From: an uncultured delta proteobacterium
GTDB taxonomy: Bacteria; Myxococcota_A; Polyangia; Palsa-1104
DNA: 64,000 nucleotides
Direction of reading: 5' to 3'
NCBI GenBank assembly: GCA_963785725.1
Contig: CAWAWS010000039.1
Location: 544,001 to 608,000 of the forward strand
Shown here: one piece after another, positions 63,646 to 64,000 of the stretch
Numbering within the stretch: position 1 is the stretch's first letter
Layout: each line of letters starts with the position of its first letter
The notes under the pieces: model-generated
Seen by the model: the letters and a program-made list of their open reading frames with translations, nothing else
Told to the model about the DNA's origin: nothing
Database searches by the model: none
Translations under genes and position numbers: made by a program

Positions 63646-64000
63646 TCACGGCGTGCCGTATGCAGGCCTGCACAGCGTTCGCGTCTCGCTGCTGTCGAGG
63701 ACGCAGGCCTGGGGCCCGACGAAGACCGTCGGTCCGCCGAGGCACACAGCCTTCTCGCTGCCATCCCCGGTGAGCATGGCCACGAGCTCCTGCGTGGTCG
63801 AGCTGTAGACGGCCGTGATCGGCAGCTTCACGAAGGTCGTGCCGCCGTCGCCGTCGTCGTAGTAGTCGACGAGGATGTACTGCACGCAGAAGTTGATCAC
63901 GCCGGTCTGCTCGATGCAGCCGCCGTCGGACAGGCCCAGCGCCGCGAAGCTGCGAATGCAGAAGCCCGCGTGCTCGGCGCAGTAGTCGTCGAGCGTCGCT
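63646..64000 (-). CDS. cysteine-rich hypothetical protein, 3' part (starts beyond window)
   Basis: Open frame to the window edge: ATLDDYCAEHAGFC...AVYSSTTQELVAM...CLGGP. Confidence 0.6.
   Translation of the reverse strand, partial: ATLDDYCAEHAGFCIRSFAALGLSDGGCIEQTGVINFCVQYILVDYYDDGDGGTTFVKLPITAVYSSTTQELVAMLTGDGSEKAVCLGGPTVFVGPQACVLDSSETRTLCRPAYGTP

Overview
High-GC window with a Myxococcota (Polyangia-like) signature: Cys-rich DUF4215-repeat lipoproteins, a MYXO-CTERM protein and several sigma-54 promoters. It is mostly accessory genes. Contents in order: a partial aldehyde dehydrogenase with an AcoR-type sigma-54 activator; an orphan class I LanC cyclase beside a degenerate aldo/keto reductase; a thioredoxin-fold pair; cysD (frameshifted) and cysN with a degenerate APS-kinase tail; an unannotated double-glycine RiPP precursor; heme lipoproteins; an M1 aminopeptidase; a CheB-CheR-PAS hybrid kinase; a MalT/AlkS-like regulator with a probable catabolic target operon; a DUF4157 (eCIS-cargo-type) barnase-like toxin with a barstar immunity gene; a small basic DNA-binding protein behind an AT-rich tract; a fibro-slime protein; an octaheme cytochrome; a CPBP protease; a 163-bp MITE; and a run of secreted or lipoprotein genes. 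Three genes each carry one extra base, probably sequencing errors. Many genes look leaderless. No rRNA, tRNA or CRISPR array was seen. Family assignments come from motif recognition by eye, not from database searches.
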